Part shown: piece by piece, positions 28,401 to 37,421 of the stretch
Position numbering within the stretch: position 1 is the first letter of the stretch
How the letters are laid out: every line of letters begins with the position of its first letter
DNA from: Patescibacteria group bacterium
Lineage (GTDB): Bacteria; Patescibacteriota; Patescibacteriia; UBA11705; DATKZF01
Length of the DNA: 64,000 bases
Assembly: GCA_049319825.1 (NCBI GenBank)
Contig: JBMORT010000002.1
Coordinates: 271,230 to 335,229 of the forward strand
Direction: 5' to 3'
Notes under the pieces: model-generated
The model's database searches: none
What the model was told of the DNA's origin: nothing
The model's input: the letters and a program-made list of their open reading frames with translations, nothing else
Made by a program: the position numbers and the translations under genes

Positions 28401-31400
28401 CGGCTGTGAAACATACACCAATCTCGATGTGTTGGCTCAGGGCGGTGAAGCCATCAATTATTTCAAACAAGTTAAGCAGTGCTTAAAATCAGACCCGGAA
28501 AGTCCTCATCCCGATTGCGCCACTTTTTACACCTGGACCGGCTCCGGCGATTCGGGCTATCAGATTACCAATTACAGCTTGAGAGATCGAGACAAAGACG
28601 GCCAGCCGGACGTCACCGACCCGGCCAAAGACGCGGCTGAATGCGACGCGGATGTTTATAATTTTCAGCTTAATCCCGATTGCCGGCAGTTTTACAACCA
28701 AGCCGGACAAATTTCATATCATTTAATTTCTTTAACCATCACTTGCGCCGAGGATTGCAGTCCGTTTAGGCTGGAAGCTTCTTATGCCGATCTGGCCGCG
28801 GCTCGGGCTAAATGTGAGCCGCCAATTGGCAATGGCACATGGGACTTGACCACGAATAAGTGTATTTACCAAATCATCCCGTCCGAGGCGCTGACTTGCC
28901 CGGCCGCCGAATCCGGCTGCCGCGAATACAAAGGCAATTTTTCCGGAGATGTTGAAGTGCTGTACCAAGAAGATTTTGAAGCCGGATTGGGAACTTGGTT
29001 TGATAATGCTTCAAATAAAGATATCTCTTACTCATCGGAATCTCTTAATCTTGGCGGACATTCCATGGAAATCCCATCGACTGTTCCGGCTATTTATGAG
29101 CCGTCTGCCGATAACAGCGTCCCATTTTCATCGGGCGCTCAATATTCCGTTTCTTTCTGGGCCAAGCCGGACGCTGATTTGAACACGGAAGACTCGTCGG
29201 CTCGACTGCAGGTCTTATTGCAGACTTCTTACGCCGGTGGCGGAGATAGTATCCCTGTCGGTACTTTGAGCTATCGCGGCGGCGATTGGAATCTATATAC
29301 CGCCACAGTTAATTATACCGGCCCGGACGCTCAGCTTCTGCGATTGACCATTACCAATGTTTATTCCGCGGGAGATAATTCGGTTTACGTTGACAACATT
29401 AAAATTTCCAGAGTCAATCAATTTCAATATTTGGTCAAAAATTCATGGAGCACTCCGCAAATTTGCGATACCAGATTGGACGGAGTCGATCCATTGCCTC
29501 AGGCCATGCTCGGCTGCCGCGAATACAGCGACCGCGACGGTACATTGCATTATTTGCGGTCGTTCAATAATTTCTGCGGCGACGATGTAGTCGGCTGCGA
29601 GGCATTGATTGATACCAAAAATAACAGGGAATATCAAGAGAAAATTTATAATCCTGGAATTATTAATGTTTGCGAAGTTCCGGAAATTAAGTCACAACAA
29701 GTCACTGGAGGCAATTGCAATTTAAAGATGATGACCTACTTTTGTAATAATAGTGATGTCATTAACAATCCGACTGCTTGCATAAATGCCGGACAAGAGA
29801 GTTTGGAAGCGTTTTTCTCCCTCCTTGCGGGGTTAATTGCCGGCAATAATGCCAGTGAGGCTTCCTTGACCGCGTTGGTATGCAACGCTTTAAGCATACA
29901 GGAAGGCTATGATTATAGCTGGAACGTGCAATTAAATGCTTGCGTGAAAAATAATGCGCTCGACCAATTCGGCGTCCCCGCCGATGAGCTGGTTTACCGC
30001 GTCGTGTCCGAAGAAATGTCTTGCGACGCGGATCAAAAGGGCTGTACTGCAGCCGGACAAGCCGGGTTTTCATACGACCAAAGCATTGTCGAATGGTACG
30101 ATACATTCTTTATCCTCGATCCGGACAATTTGACCGGCCTGCTGTGCTCCGAGGCCAGTTTGGGCTGTGAGCAGTTCGCGGATTCCAATAAAAACATACA
30201 CTTTTTGAAGGACCCCGGATTAAGATATTGCGAATACCGAAGCGATCTGGCGCAAGCGGGTTGGTACGAGGCCGGTTCTGAGCCGCCGGCACCCTGCAAG
30301 ACATGGGAGCCTTATCAGGACGGAGTAAAAGCTGTTTTACCGAATTATCATCCTGATTATTTGCTTTCAAATCAAGACAGCACAGTGCTGGAAAACACCG
30401 GCTGGGCCGCGAGTTGTCCCGAAACTCAGTCCGCTTGCACCGCGTTCATTGATCCGGCTGATAAAACTTCTAACTATGTGGGCAGGACTTATTATTATAA
30501 AAATAATGATAAAATAGACCGCGACAGCTGCGATGGCGTGGTTGATCCGAAAGAGGGCTGCATGCTTTTTCAGGATACAGCAGCGGGTGAGGCGAAATTC
30601 AGCGCGGATGCCACTTATTTTCTGAATTACTTGTCCGATGACCCGACTGCTCCGTTCAATTTAAATAATTTAAGTGATTCTGATTTAATTTCTCTAAATG
30701 ACGGAACCATATCCAAACTAACCAACAATGATTATGATTGGTCGTATCAATCGATGCGGGTTTTATCACCGGTATCTAATATCAGCCCCAAGGATGAAGT
30801 GGAATATTCATTGTTGCTCAATGGCGGCCAGCAGACTATTTCTTCCGTGTATCAATTGATATCCGGCGACCAGGATTATCGTTTTACCAATGACTCGAAC
30901 ACGGTATTAAAGGTGAAGCAAGACCGCCAATGTTCCAAATGGTACAGCTGTCTGCCGAGCATGGCTTGGGACAATGCCAACACGCAGTGGGTGGAAGTCT
31001 GCGAGCTTTCCATTCTCTGCGATAAGTATTCGCGCAGCGGAGGCAGCGCTTATTGCAGCCACGCGATCGTGCCCGGCGCGGAATCGAGCACGCCGCTCAA
31101 CGAAAATGAGTACTTCACCGAAGCTAAATATGTTGACCGGCAATCGACTAAATTCCCATTCTTGAATTTATACCATGATTTATATACTCCCGATTATTCC
31201 GGCTATGCCATATATAATCAGGTGCCGCTGCAATTTCTGACGGCCGTTGATTTGGCCGATAGCTACGAATCATTGGGCCAGCACTTCAGTTTATTGGCTC
31301 AATTTGAAACCGCCGGCGCTTGCAATACCGATGCGGATTGCGCTTCAGCCTTAAGTGGCCAGTTTATTGAGGCGTACGGATCCGCTGTCCAAAGTACCAT

Positions 31401-34400
31401 TACCAAATGCATCAGTGGCGCTTGTTACGGGCCAAAGTCGTTGTTTGAAAACATCGGTCAACCGGCAGCGGATTCTTTTCCCGACGCCAAAATGTGCCGG
31501 GCATACCCGGAGCAAAATTCTCCATTGCCATTTTCCGCGATCTACGAAGTATATCCCTGGGCCGGAAAGAACGAGGTCAAATGGCAAAAGTATCGAAACG
31601 CCGAGTACCCATATATCGATAGCGAACGCGATGACAAGGATCAACGAGCGGAGATTGATTACGGCTGTCGCTATACCAATTATTCATACGGCAATAATCA
31701 AATCACTCTTCATGTGCCGCCGGGTGAATCGGTGCCGCCGGGCATTTGCTCCATCACGCGGCAATCATGCGCTTGCGGCGTGGTCACCGGACAAAACGGC
31801 GCGGAATATAAGGATTGTTCCAAGGGTTTTAATGAAGCTGGAGAAATCGTTTGCGATCAGAGCGAAACGTGTTTGGAGCGGGATAAAAGCATTACTGATA
31901 TTTATGGCTGGGAAGGCTATTGCCTCGAAGATGATTATTCGGTTTCGTTATATAATTCGGAAAGCGCGCATCCGTGCTTAACCTGGTATCCGGCGGATCA
32001 GGCGGCCGGATTAACTGACCGATATAATCAATATGCTCAAGCCGGTTATCAATCGGGTGATTTCCCATATTACTGCCTGACTTCAAGGCCGTATTTACAG
32101 GAAAAAGCTTATTTTTCCGGCGGAAACGGGCAAGGCTGGCTCAGGTGGCTGGTAATACCGCCCAGTGAAAAGATACAGGGCGAGTGCCATATGGATCAAG
32201 CAGGCCGATGGGAATTCTTCAATGAAATTTTGTATAGAATAATTGCCGATGAAACTGGATTTAGCGGCGGCAATCAGGCCAGCCTTGGCAATATCGCTTC
32301 ATCAATGGACAATCTTTTATCCGGAAAAGCAAAATCTTATGACACGTTGAGTGGTAATATTGATATCGAATTCCCCGACATTCGCAGCCGGTATTTGCAA
32401 TCGATGATGGCATACTATTTTTCCAATAAACTTTTGGTGATTGGTGAAAATCAGTTAACCGGCGAAAATAATATCAGCAAACAAAGTCAAGCTGATTATG
32501 CGCTCCGCACTTGTGGCGAAGGTTACTTCCCGGTATTTTCGCCATGCGACGACGGCAATGATGATTTTGCCGGTCTTCCGGGATATGGTTATAAAACCAC
32601 ATCGCCGGGTTTGACAATCGCCGCTGGCGTGTTGTGCGTGCCATACGGCTCGGTGATTGAAATTCCCGATTCGGAAATCGAAAAGTGGCGAGACAAGGTG
32701 CCCAATATCGATATGTTGCAAGGCGCACAGTGCGTTCCGCACTTTAAGCTGGGCGATTTGTTAAAGAAGGGTAGTATTAAAAATTCCTCCACCGATCAAT
32801 CATGCATTGCCGCTGATGGCACCTGGAATAATGGCGCTTGTTCGCCAATCCTAACCAATTATGAAATCGACGTGGACACGGTTTATGATTATGTGGTGGC
32901 GCAAAATAAAGTGGTTCCGGTGTATTCGCAAACGCCGCAAAGCAGCAAGGTGAATGTCCCCACGATTTTCAGCGGGCTGCTGGACATGGATGACCCATAT
33001 AATTATCAGCCTTTGGATAAAGCGCATCCGTTGACATTTTTTTACCTCAGTAAGGAGGACGTTAATTCCGGTTACTATTGGGGGTTGTGTTCCAATCAAA
33101 GCAATAACGAGTGCTCCGATAATAATTTCATGCCCGGCGACCAGCGTTGGCAAACCGTCCAGGCGATTCAAAGTAACGACGAACCCTCGGTCATTGACAT
33201 GAATTTTGATTTTATGACCCCGCTTTATCGTTATTGCGTCAAAACTCCTCAGGTGGCCGATGAAGGCAATGTTAACGTGGACGGCTTGGCCCAGCGGGGC
33301 ACCAATGAAGAATTTGCCGGAGACAGGCAATCGGTTGAATATGTTGAAAATTATTTACATGAGGGCAGCAATGAAGCGCCGCTGGTCGTGGACGTGGCTC
33401 TGGAAGATAAATATCTCAATCCGGCCGGCCAGACATTTGTCAGCGGGGAGATGCTGTGCGATAATGTGGCGGAAATTGAAATTGTCGGTGAAGGTGGCTT
33501 TGAAGATAAGGCCTGGACGAACCGAATGTTCAATACGTCCATATTAAAGAGAAATTTTGCCATCAACAGTCCCGATACTTTTGGATTCTATTATGATACT
33601 CCGCCGGGAGCCTATGGTCAGGTTGATGTTTTGCGCGGGAATTTGGGTGATTATATTAAATCCGATTCTTGCTATTATAACGAAGGAGGCAATTCCAGCT
33701 ATTTCAGCAATAACGCTTTGTACAACCCGCTGGTGGTTACCGATTTTTCCGCTGAAGATGCCCGGTACACTTATTGCCCGGATATTCAGGACACCACCAC
33801 GCTCCAATATAAAAATCAGGAACAGATAATCAATTCTCCCAAATCATACATGAAATACTCCATTGAGGGCGCGTCTTTCGGCAGTACCTCTTCTGCGTCA
33901 ACGAGCTACCCGATGCTTTCTTCTGCTTTAGAAAAATTCGAAAATTACAGCGCTTCGGAATTGGCCGCCCCGGGCAGTCAGACTGATCTGCATCGACTGG
34001 ACGAGCCTTTCAGCCGATTGTCATCTTTATTCGCTAAAGTTTTTAATGTTTACTCCTGGAATCCGGTAGAAAATAATTTTGATTTCTATAGAAATTTTTC
34101 GTATCAAGATGTTTCCGAAGATAAGGACATCAGCTATCAAACGGTCGTGGCCGATGGCTATCGCACCGTGCCGGTGGTGGCCGGTGTGCAGACGCTGGCT
34201 TCCGGAAAGTATCAAGCCGTCGGTGACACCATCACTCTGAAAACTCTGCATGAAAGCCGTACCAGCGGAATTGTTCGGGGATACGATGGCCAGTTATTGG
34301 TTCAGGCGCAGTTTTTCGGCTGGGCCGATAAAGACCATATGCCGATCAGGCAGGTGAGCATCGATTGGGGCGATCCTAATATATTCAAGCCCGGCCCGGA

Positions 34401-34938
34401 CGGTCAGTATAAAAATTATAAACCGATCTGCGCGGTCGATCGGAATGAAAGCTTGGATTATTGTGTGGAAGGCATACACGACGAGCAGTGCCGATCGATT
34501 GATGATTGCTCGGTCGGATCGTCGAATTGTGAAGGAGGAGGCGCTCCGAATTTCGGATCGATCCCCGATGCCTGCGCTCAGAGTTATTTTCAAAAACCGA
34601 ATTTTTATATTTGTTATGAAGGTGGAAGCAATTTGGCCAAGCCGGATGGGACTATCCCGATTTGTCCGGCCGGGTATCAAACAAACCCCGATTTGATCAG
34701 TGGCGAATTCATTGACGGCTGCTGGGATCCGGGATTCGAAAGCGGCATCGGCGCCTGCGTATTCCGCCCCGGAGCGCAGATAATTGATAATTGGGGATGG
34801 TGCAATGGGGATTGTTTTGGAGCAGGCAATGGATGTTATGAGGATCAACCATCAGATGCGCCATCTGCATTAAATCAATGTTCTGAAAGGGAAGCAGCAT
34901 TTACCAGATTTAATGGTGTTATTATAATTACACCTTAA
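25477..34938 (+). CDS. Giant (3153 aa) secreted Cys-rich surface protein, function unknown
   Basis: Single 9.46-kb ORF. N-terminal hydrophobic signal/anchor IILGVIVFICCGIFFQFCFWFVA. Very many Cys residues throughout. Start is 7 nt after the TSP3 gene. Confidence 0.8.
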   Translation: MNLRPKQKIILGVIVFICCGIFFQFCFWFVASKPANAQIGETALEAQLRSLREQGQENYRAFQEAVRRYEEKAQEEFGQRLKEGFIRTAAITLKNTLIYTIQQAGRQTMQYVATGQWGQGPMFWEQSFDYFKQTIVGAATQEMLDTLAYQLWSETGFDMCDPDVDVKLAIMYNLQLNLPNPQYELVAPRCDWRLVKNNWEGFYDEVRGQVKDAVGLTYAAMGAMQDSLDPKQNDFGIFLKALDQNFARQKEEYEAARDERLAPSKLKDQTSVVTGFVQTPSYVVETSVKSDWEAVLASRREELKTGEAVLAEIPETVLAAFIQSFGPQQFLVAFLNRVKSGLIKRSESYNPVQKVYEQKKSIEKVNTEVLTADFSFEPRSVSLIDEFVNCPSESNRNTPRGQNDCVLDRSFAEAVRRAALGEPLTLEQAIAQGLINDTLPFYGPQDKENNTPECYNRGFCYSNLQKLRKARIIPLGWEMAALKMAEEGRKTLREVINQFNNPNSPFYRLVDPGWILKEPSTVCRAEVYGPDVIGEGASSRSEVCSDYRSCVDELPSGECVGGYGYCAEEKRTWLLEGDSCDGQFAGCTNLYDRGGNQQSWVLNTLDSSGCDSSSVGCRQYSLWKDDGKVWTNSTLAEHSDSGYQRWIFLNKNIESLLCTPDNEGCTRFIRTAADLGSNLLINSGLEDADENGEIPGWQIMLDGGVTREIATSIDIVNSGAKSAYVQKDSAVSSIWQLTSDEISIVPKDYSRYYILSYYLYQTDQDIVAAGLQYKNYTGINTFNWADAVQVSSSYLDGIKNPDGSLNAASISTGIWQRHYVLVNLPPQTDDGRLIDRLRVAFNFGDGGSYYVDDLQIEEVFSPTTFALYAPYASTNADYLKQAPDYYNCYDEFPNNDAPECANFMPVCSAEAVGCERYTPTDGGAAQTAVVGRYNYCPAECVGYQSFSQSETFFEPLTFPVYFIPSTARTCEQENVGCETYTNLDVLAQGGEAINYFKQVKQCLKSDPESPHPDCATFYTWTGSGDSGYQITNYSLRDRDKDGQPDVTDPAKDAAECDADVYNFQLNPDCRQFYNQAGQISYHLISLTITCAEDCSPFRLEASYADLAAARAKCEPPIGNGTWDLTTNKCIYQIIPSEALTCPAAESGCREYKGNFSGDVEVLYQEDFEAGLGTWFDNASNKDISYSSESLNLGGHSMEIPSTVPAIYEPSADNSVPFSSGAQYSVSFWAKPDADLNTEDSSARLQVLLQTSYAGGGDSIPVGTLSYRGGDWNLYTATVNYTGPDAQLLRLTITNVYSAGDNSVYVDNIKISRVNQFQYLVKNSWSTPQICDTRLDGVDPLPQAMLGCREYSDRDGTLHYLRSFNNFCGDDVVGCEALIDTKNNREYQEKIYNPGIINVCEVPEIKSQQVTGGNCNLKMMTYFCNNSDVINNPTACINAGQESLEAFFSLLAGLIAGNNASEASLTALVCNALSIQEGYDYSWNVQLNACVKNNALDQFGVPADELVYRVVSEEMSCDADQKGCTAAGQAGFSYDQSIVEWYDTFFILDPDNLTGLLCSEASLGCEQFADSNKNIHFLKDPGLRYCEYRSDLAQAGWYEAGSEPPAPCKTWEPYQDGVKAVLPNYHPDYLLSNQDSTVLENTGWAASCPETQSACTAFIDPADKTSNYVGRTYYYKNNDKIDRDSCDGVVDPKEGCMLFQDTAAGEAKFSADATYFLNYLSDDPTAPFNLNNLSDSDLISLNDGTISKLTNNDYDWSYQSMRVLSPVSNISPKDEVEYSLLLNGGQQTISSVYQLISGDQDYRFTNDSNTVLKVKQDRQCSKWYSCLPSMAWDNANTQWVEVCELSILCDKYSRSGGSAYCSHAIVPGAESSTPLNENEYFTEAKYVDRQSTKFPFLNLYHDLYTPDYSGYAIYNQVPLQFLTAVDLADSYESLGQHFSLLAQFETAGACNTDADCASALSGQFIEAYGSAVQSTITKCISGACYGPKSLFENIGQPAADSFPDAKMCRAYPEQNSPLPFSAIYEVYPWAGKNEVKWQKYRNAEYPYIDSERDDKDQRAEIDYGCRYTNYSYGNNQITLHVPPGESVPPGICSITRQSCACGVVTGQNGAEYKDCSKGFNEAGEIVCDQSETCLERDKSITDIYGWEGYCLEDDYSVSLYNSESAHPCLTWYPADQAAGLTDRYNQYAQAGYQSGDFPYYCLTSRPYLQEKAYFSGGNGQGWLRWLVIPPSEKIQGECHMDQAGRWEFFNEILYRIIADETGFSGGNQASLGNIASSMDNLLSGKAKSYDTLSGNIDIEFPDIRSRYLQSMMAYYFSNKLLVIGENQLTGENNISKQSQADYALRTCGEGYFPVFSPCDDGNDDFAGLPGYGYKTTSPGLTIAAGVLCVPYGSVIEIPDSEIEKWRDKVPNIDMLQGAQCVPHFKLGDLLKKGSIKNSSTDQSCIAADGTWNNGACSPILTNYEIDVDTVYDYVVAQNKVVPVYSQTPQSSKVNVPTIFSGLLDMDDPYNYQPLDKAHPLTFFYLSKEDVNSGYYWGLCSNQSNNECSDNNFMPGDQRWQTVQAIQSNDEPSVIDMNFDFMTPLYRYCVKTPQVADEGNVNVDGLAQRGTNEEFAGDRQSVEYVENYLHEGSNEAPLVVDVALEDKYLNPAGQTFVSGEMLCDNVAEIEIVGEGGFEDKAWTNRMFNTSILKRNFAINSPDTFGFYYDTPPGAYGQVDVLRGNLGDYIKSDSCYYNEGGNSSYFSNNALYNPLVVTDFSAEDARYTYCPDIQDTTTLQYKNQEQIINSPKSYMKYSIEGASFGSTSSASTSYPMLSSALEKFENYSASELAAPGSQTDLHRLDEPFSRLSSLFAKVFNVYSWNPVENNFDFYRNFSYQDVSEDKDISYQTVVADGYRTVPVVAGVQTLASGKYQAVGDTITLKTLHESRTSGIVRGYDGQLLVQAQFFGWADKDHMPIRQVSIDWGDPNIFKPGPDGQYKNYKPICAVDRNESLDYCVEGIHDEQCRSIDDCSVGSSNCEGGGAPNFGSIPDACAQSYFQKPNFYICYEGGSNLAKPDGTIPICPAGYQTNPDLISGEFIDGCWDPGFESGIGACVFRPGAQIIDNWGWCNGDCFGAGNGCYEDQPSDAPSALNQCSEREAAFTRFNGVIIITP

Positions 34939-34961
34939 AAATAAATTCATTTAAAAATAAC

Positions 34962-34996
34962 AACTCCTTGGATAGTTTTCCAAGGAGTTTTTTTTA
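34962..34996. terminator. Bidirectional terminator between convergent genes
   Basis: Perfect 11-bp stem aactccttgga(tagttt)tccaaggagtt. Flanked by an A-run upstream and a T-run downstream. Confidence 0.7.
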
Positions 34997-35668
34997 GTTT
35001 TTGATGTAAGAGAAAAGCTTGTCTGTCTCCTGAGACTTGTATCGAATGGAAATCTCAGTGTCTCCAAGCGCGATTGGACCTGAAGACCATTCAAGATCAG
35101 CAGGCTCGTAATATGCGAATAACCGAATTTCGGTCTCGCTGATTCTTTCCAGAGGCAGGCCTTCTTCAGCAGGATAGAACCCCACCACATAGATTCCGTC
35201 CTGAATGGGATCGTTCACGCGCTCTTCGACGTACACGTCGACATTGCGCGGTCCAGTTTCGTACTGGTCGGTCCGCACCCAAGTGCCCTCGAGCCATCGG
35301 TACTCTTCGAGCAGGTCAGCCGCGGTCTCCAGCGTGACCGGATCGAGATCCATGTCATACTCGTAGCAGATCTCGTCGGTCCACTGTTCGTACCCATTCA
35401 GCGTCAGGCCGACTTCATGGCAGCCGGCTTCGACATAGACCGTGCCCGGCGTGGTTTTGCCGGATTCGTTGTCGTCCACCCAGATCGTCGCTCCGGGCGG
35501 ATCACTTTCGAAGCTGAGCTTCACCGTTCCGGGTGGTCGGGTGGTGTCTTCTCCCGGACCGTCCGGCGAGATGATCGAATCGGGTTGATTGCCGATGCCG
35601 CCGCTCTGGTCGTCGCAGCCAACCATGAAAATGGCGATGAACACGAAGCTGGTGATGATGTACTTCAT
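34994..35668 (-). CDS. Lipoprotein with PEGA domain. High GC, about 60%.
   Basis: Lipobox in MKYIITSFVFIAIFMVGCDDQ. PEGA-like segment GATIWVDDNESGKTTPGTVYVEAGCHEVGLTLNGYEQW. Codon usage (GAC/GTC/TGC) differs from neighbouring core genes. Confidence 0.65.
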   Translation of the reverse strand: MKYIITSFVFIAIFMVGCDDQSGGIGNQPDSIISPDGPGEDTTRPPGTVKLSFESDPPGATIWVDDNESGKTTPGTVYVEAGCHEVGLTLNGYEQWTDEICYEYDMDLDPVTLETAADLLEEYRWLEGTWVRTDQYETGPRNVDVYVEERVNDPIQDGIYVVGFYPAEEGLPLERISETEIRLFAYYEPADLEWSSGPIALGDTEISIRYKSQETDKLFSYIKN

Positions 35669-35799
35669 GGTGTCCCTCCGGCGCCGGGATTCCCGTGAAT
35701 CCGCGGCAATCTAAAGTTGGTTTTTCCCGTGTTTTTTAAAGGACTGGGCAGTATACCCCAGAGAGGAGAATTTGTCAAGTCCAAGCCGTGTTTGCCTGC

Positions 35800-35890
35800 C
35801 AGTCCGCCTACGCCGCGGTTTCGGCGGACAGGCCGTAGCCTCCTGACAGCCGTAGCTTCAAGCGAAGGCTGTTGGGCGTAGGCTGGACGC
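35800..35890. repeat. Cluster of REP-like palindromes with GTAG/CTAC motifs next to the RayT-like transposase
   Basis: Outer inverted repeat gcctacgcc (35806-35814) and ggcgtaggc (35875-35883). Direct repeat gccgtagc at 35832 and 35849. Internal hairpins ccgc-ggtttcg-gcgg and cagcc...ggctg. Confidence 0.5.
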
Positions 35891-35964
35891 ATTGACCCCT
35901 CTCTACTTATATTGTATGAATAATTCTCAAATGTTGTCAATAGAAATTGTGGAAAATTATAAAA

Positions 35965-36534
35965 TTAATGAATTATTTGGTCCAATTCCCATTTGAGGGG
36001 ATTATTTAATATGTATTTTTGTTTGTTGTATAATTCTTTTTCATCCCGGATGATTCGATCGTGGAAACGGGGTTGCCAAAATGGTTCCCCGATTGTGTTT
36101 TGATATAAATTTATTTGTTTCGCGGAAAATGTTTTAAATCCACGGATTATTTCAGACAATAAATATCGTTTTTTCCCCGCGCGAATATCAATTGGGCCAT
36201 CGCCGTCCGTAGAGACAGGTTTGAAACCTGTCTCTACGGCGTCGCGCGGTCGGTCATTATCAATAAAAATTATTCCATGGATATGATTTGGCATAATAAC
36301 GAAATAATCCAAAACGCAATTGGAATAATGTTTTGGCAAATCATACCAACAATTTATGGCCAATTGTCCTTGTTTCGATAAACATACAAATCCATTTTTA
36401 ATGTATCCCAAAATATTTTTTTTGTTTTTCGTGCAGATCGTAATAAAATAATATGCCTCGGATGAATAATCCCAGCCTTTCAATCTTGTTGATTCGATTC
36501 TGTATTTATTTTTAAATAGCGTGTTATCAAACAT
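35965..36534 (-). mobile_element. IS200/IS605-like HUH tyrosine transposase of the REP-associated (RayT/TnpA_REP) type
   Basis: HuH motif MPNHIHGIIFI. C-terminal WQPRFHDRIIRDEKELYNKQKYILNNPLKWEL (catalytic Tyr context as in E. coli RayT). 189 aa. AT-rich gene flanked by GC-rich DNA and REP-like palindromes. Confidence 0.75.
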
Positions 36535-36785
36535 TGTTGTTCATTTTAATTTTTACGTCTCTATATTTTTATTATTTCATTTTGATCAATTTTCGTCCAT
36601 ACATTTTTGTCGGTGTTTTTCGACAATTTTTTTATTTTATTTTGGCCAATATTTTAAAACCTGACGAACGTGGATAACATAAGATTGCTTGATATCAATA
36701 TGGCGCTGCTACGCTGAGAATAGGGAGAGCGGTCGCTCTTTGACAACGGACAAGCGTCCATTTATCCATCAACTGGAGGTGCGTC

Positions 36786-37406
36786 ATGAAGCGCGTGAAT
36801 CGAAAAACGATCCTGGCTTGGTTGGTTGTGCTGCTTGCCGGCTGCGATCAGCGTGCAAACCATGTGTTTCACGGCGGCGGGCGGGGAGATGTCGGGCAGA
36901 CCGACTTGAATTTCAGCTTCGATCTATCCGAACGGGAAAGATCGGTGTTTGAAGGGGTGTCATTTGTCAAACCCGATGAGCTGTTCGACGTCAAGGTGAC
37001 CAAAGGGCAGATTGTTCTCAAAGATACGGACCGGGAAGTGCTCGTCTCGAGCGGACTCGCGCCGGACGACTACTATCTGCCCAATGGCTTGGTGAATGAT
37101 GAAAAGTACGCGGAGCAGTATGTGCTGATCACGCTTGAGGTGTTCGACTTTCGCGTCAACACGGAAAACGATTGGCCGCTGTTTTTTCAAGAGAACATGC
37201 CGGAAATCATTTCCGCGCGGCCGATCGAAAACCTGGCCGGCAATCCGGCGGTCGAGCCGACCGCGTTTGCTGGTATCGTACTCGGCAACCGAATCGCCTT
37301 GGTCGCCGTGGCCGATAAAGTCATCCTGTTGCGAATGCTCGTTTCGGCCAGAGACGAGGATTCGGCCAATCATTGCTTCGATCAAATCGTCATCAGCCTG
37401 AACTAG
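36786..37406 (+). CDS. Hypothetical lipoprotein (GC-rich)
   Basis: Lipobox LAWLVVLLAGCDQ. No recognised domain. About 58% GC. Confidence 0.5.
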   Translation: MKRVNRKTILAWLVVLLAGCDQRANHVFHGGGRGDVGQTDLNFSFDLSERERSVFEGVSFVKPDELFDVKVTKGQIVLKDTDREVLVSSGLAPDDYYLPNGLVNDEKYAEQYVLITLEVFDFRVNTENDWPLFFQENMPEIISARPIENLAGNPAVEPTAFAGIVLGNRIALVAVADKVILLRMLVSARDEDSANHCFDQIVISLN

Positions 37407-37421
37407 GAAGGGAGGCCGGTC

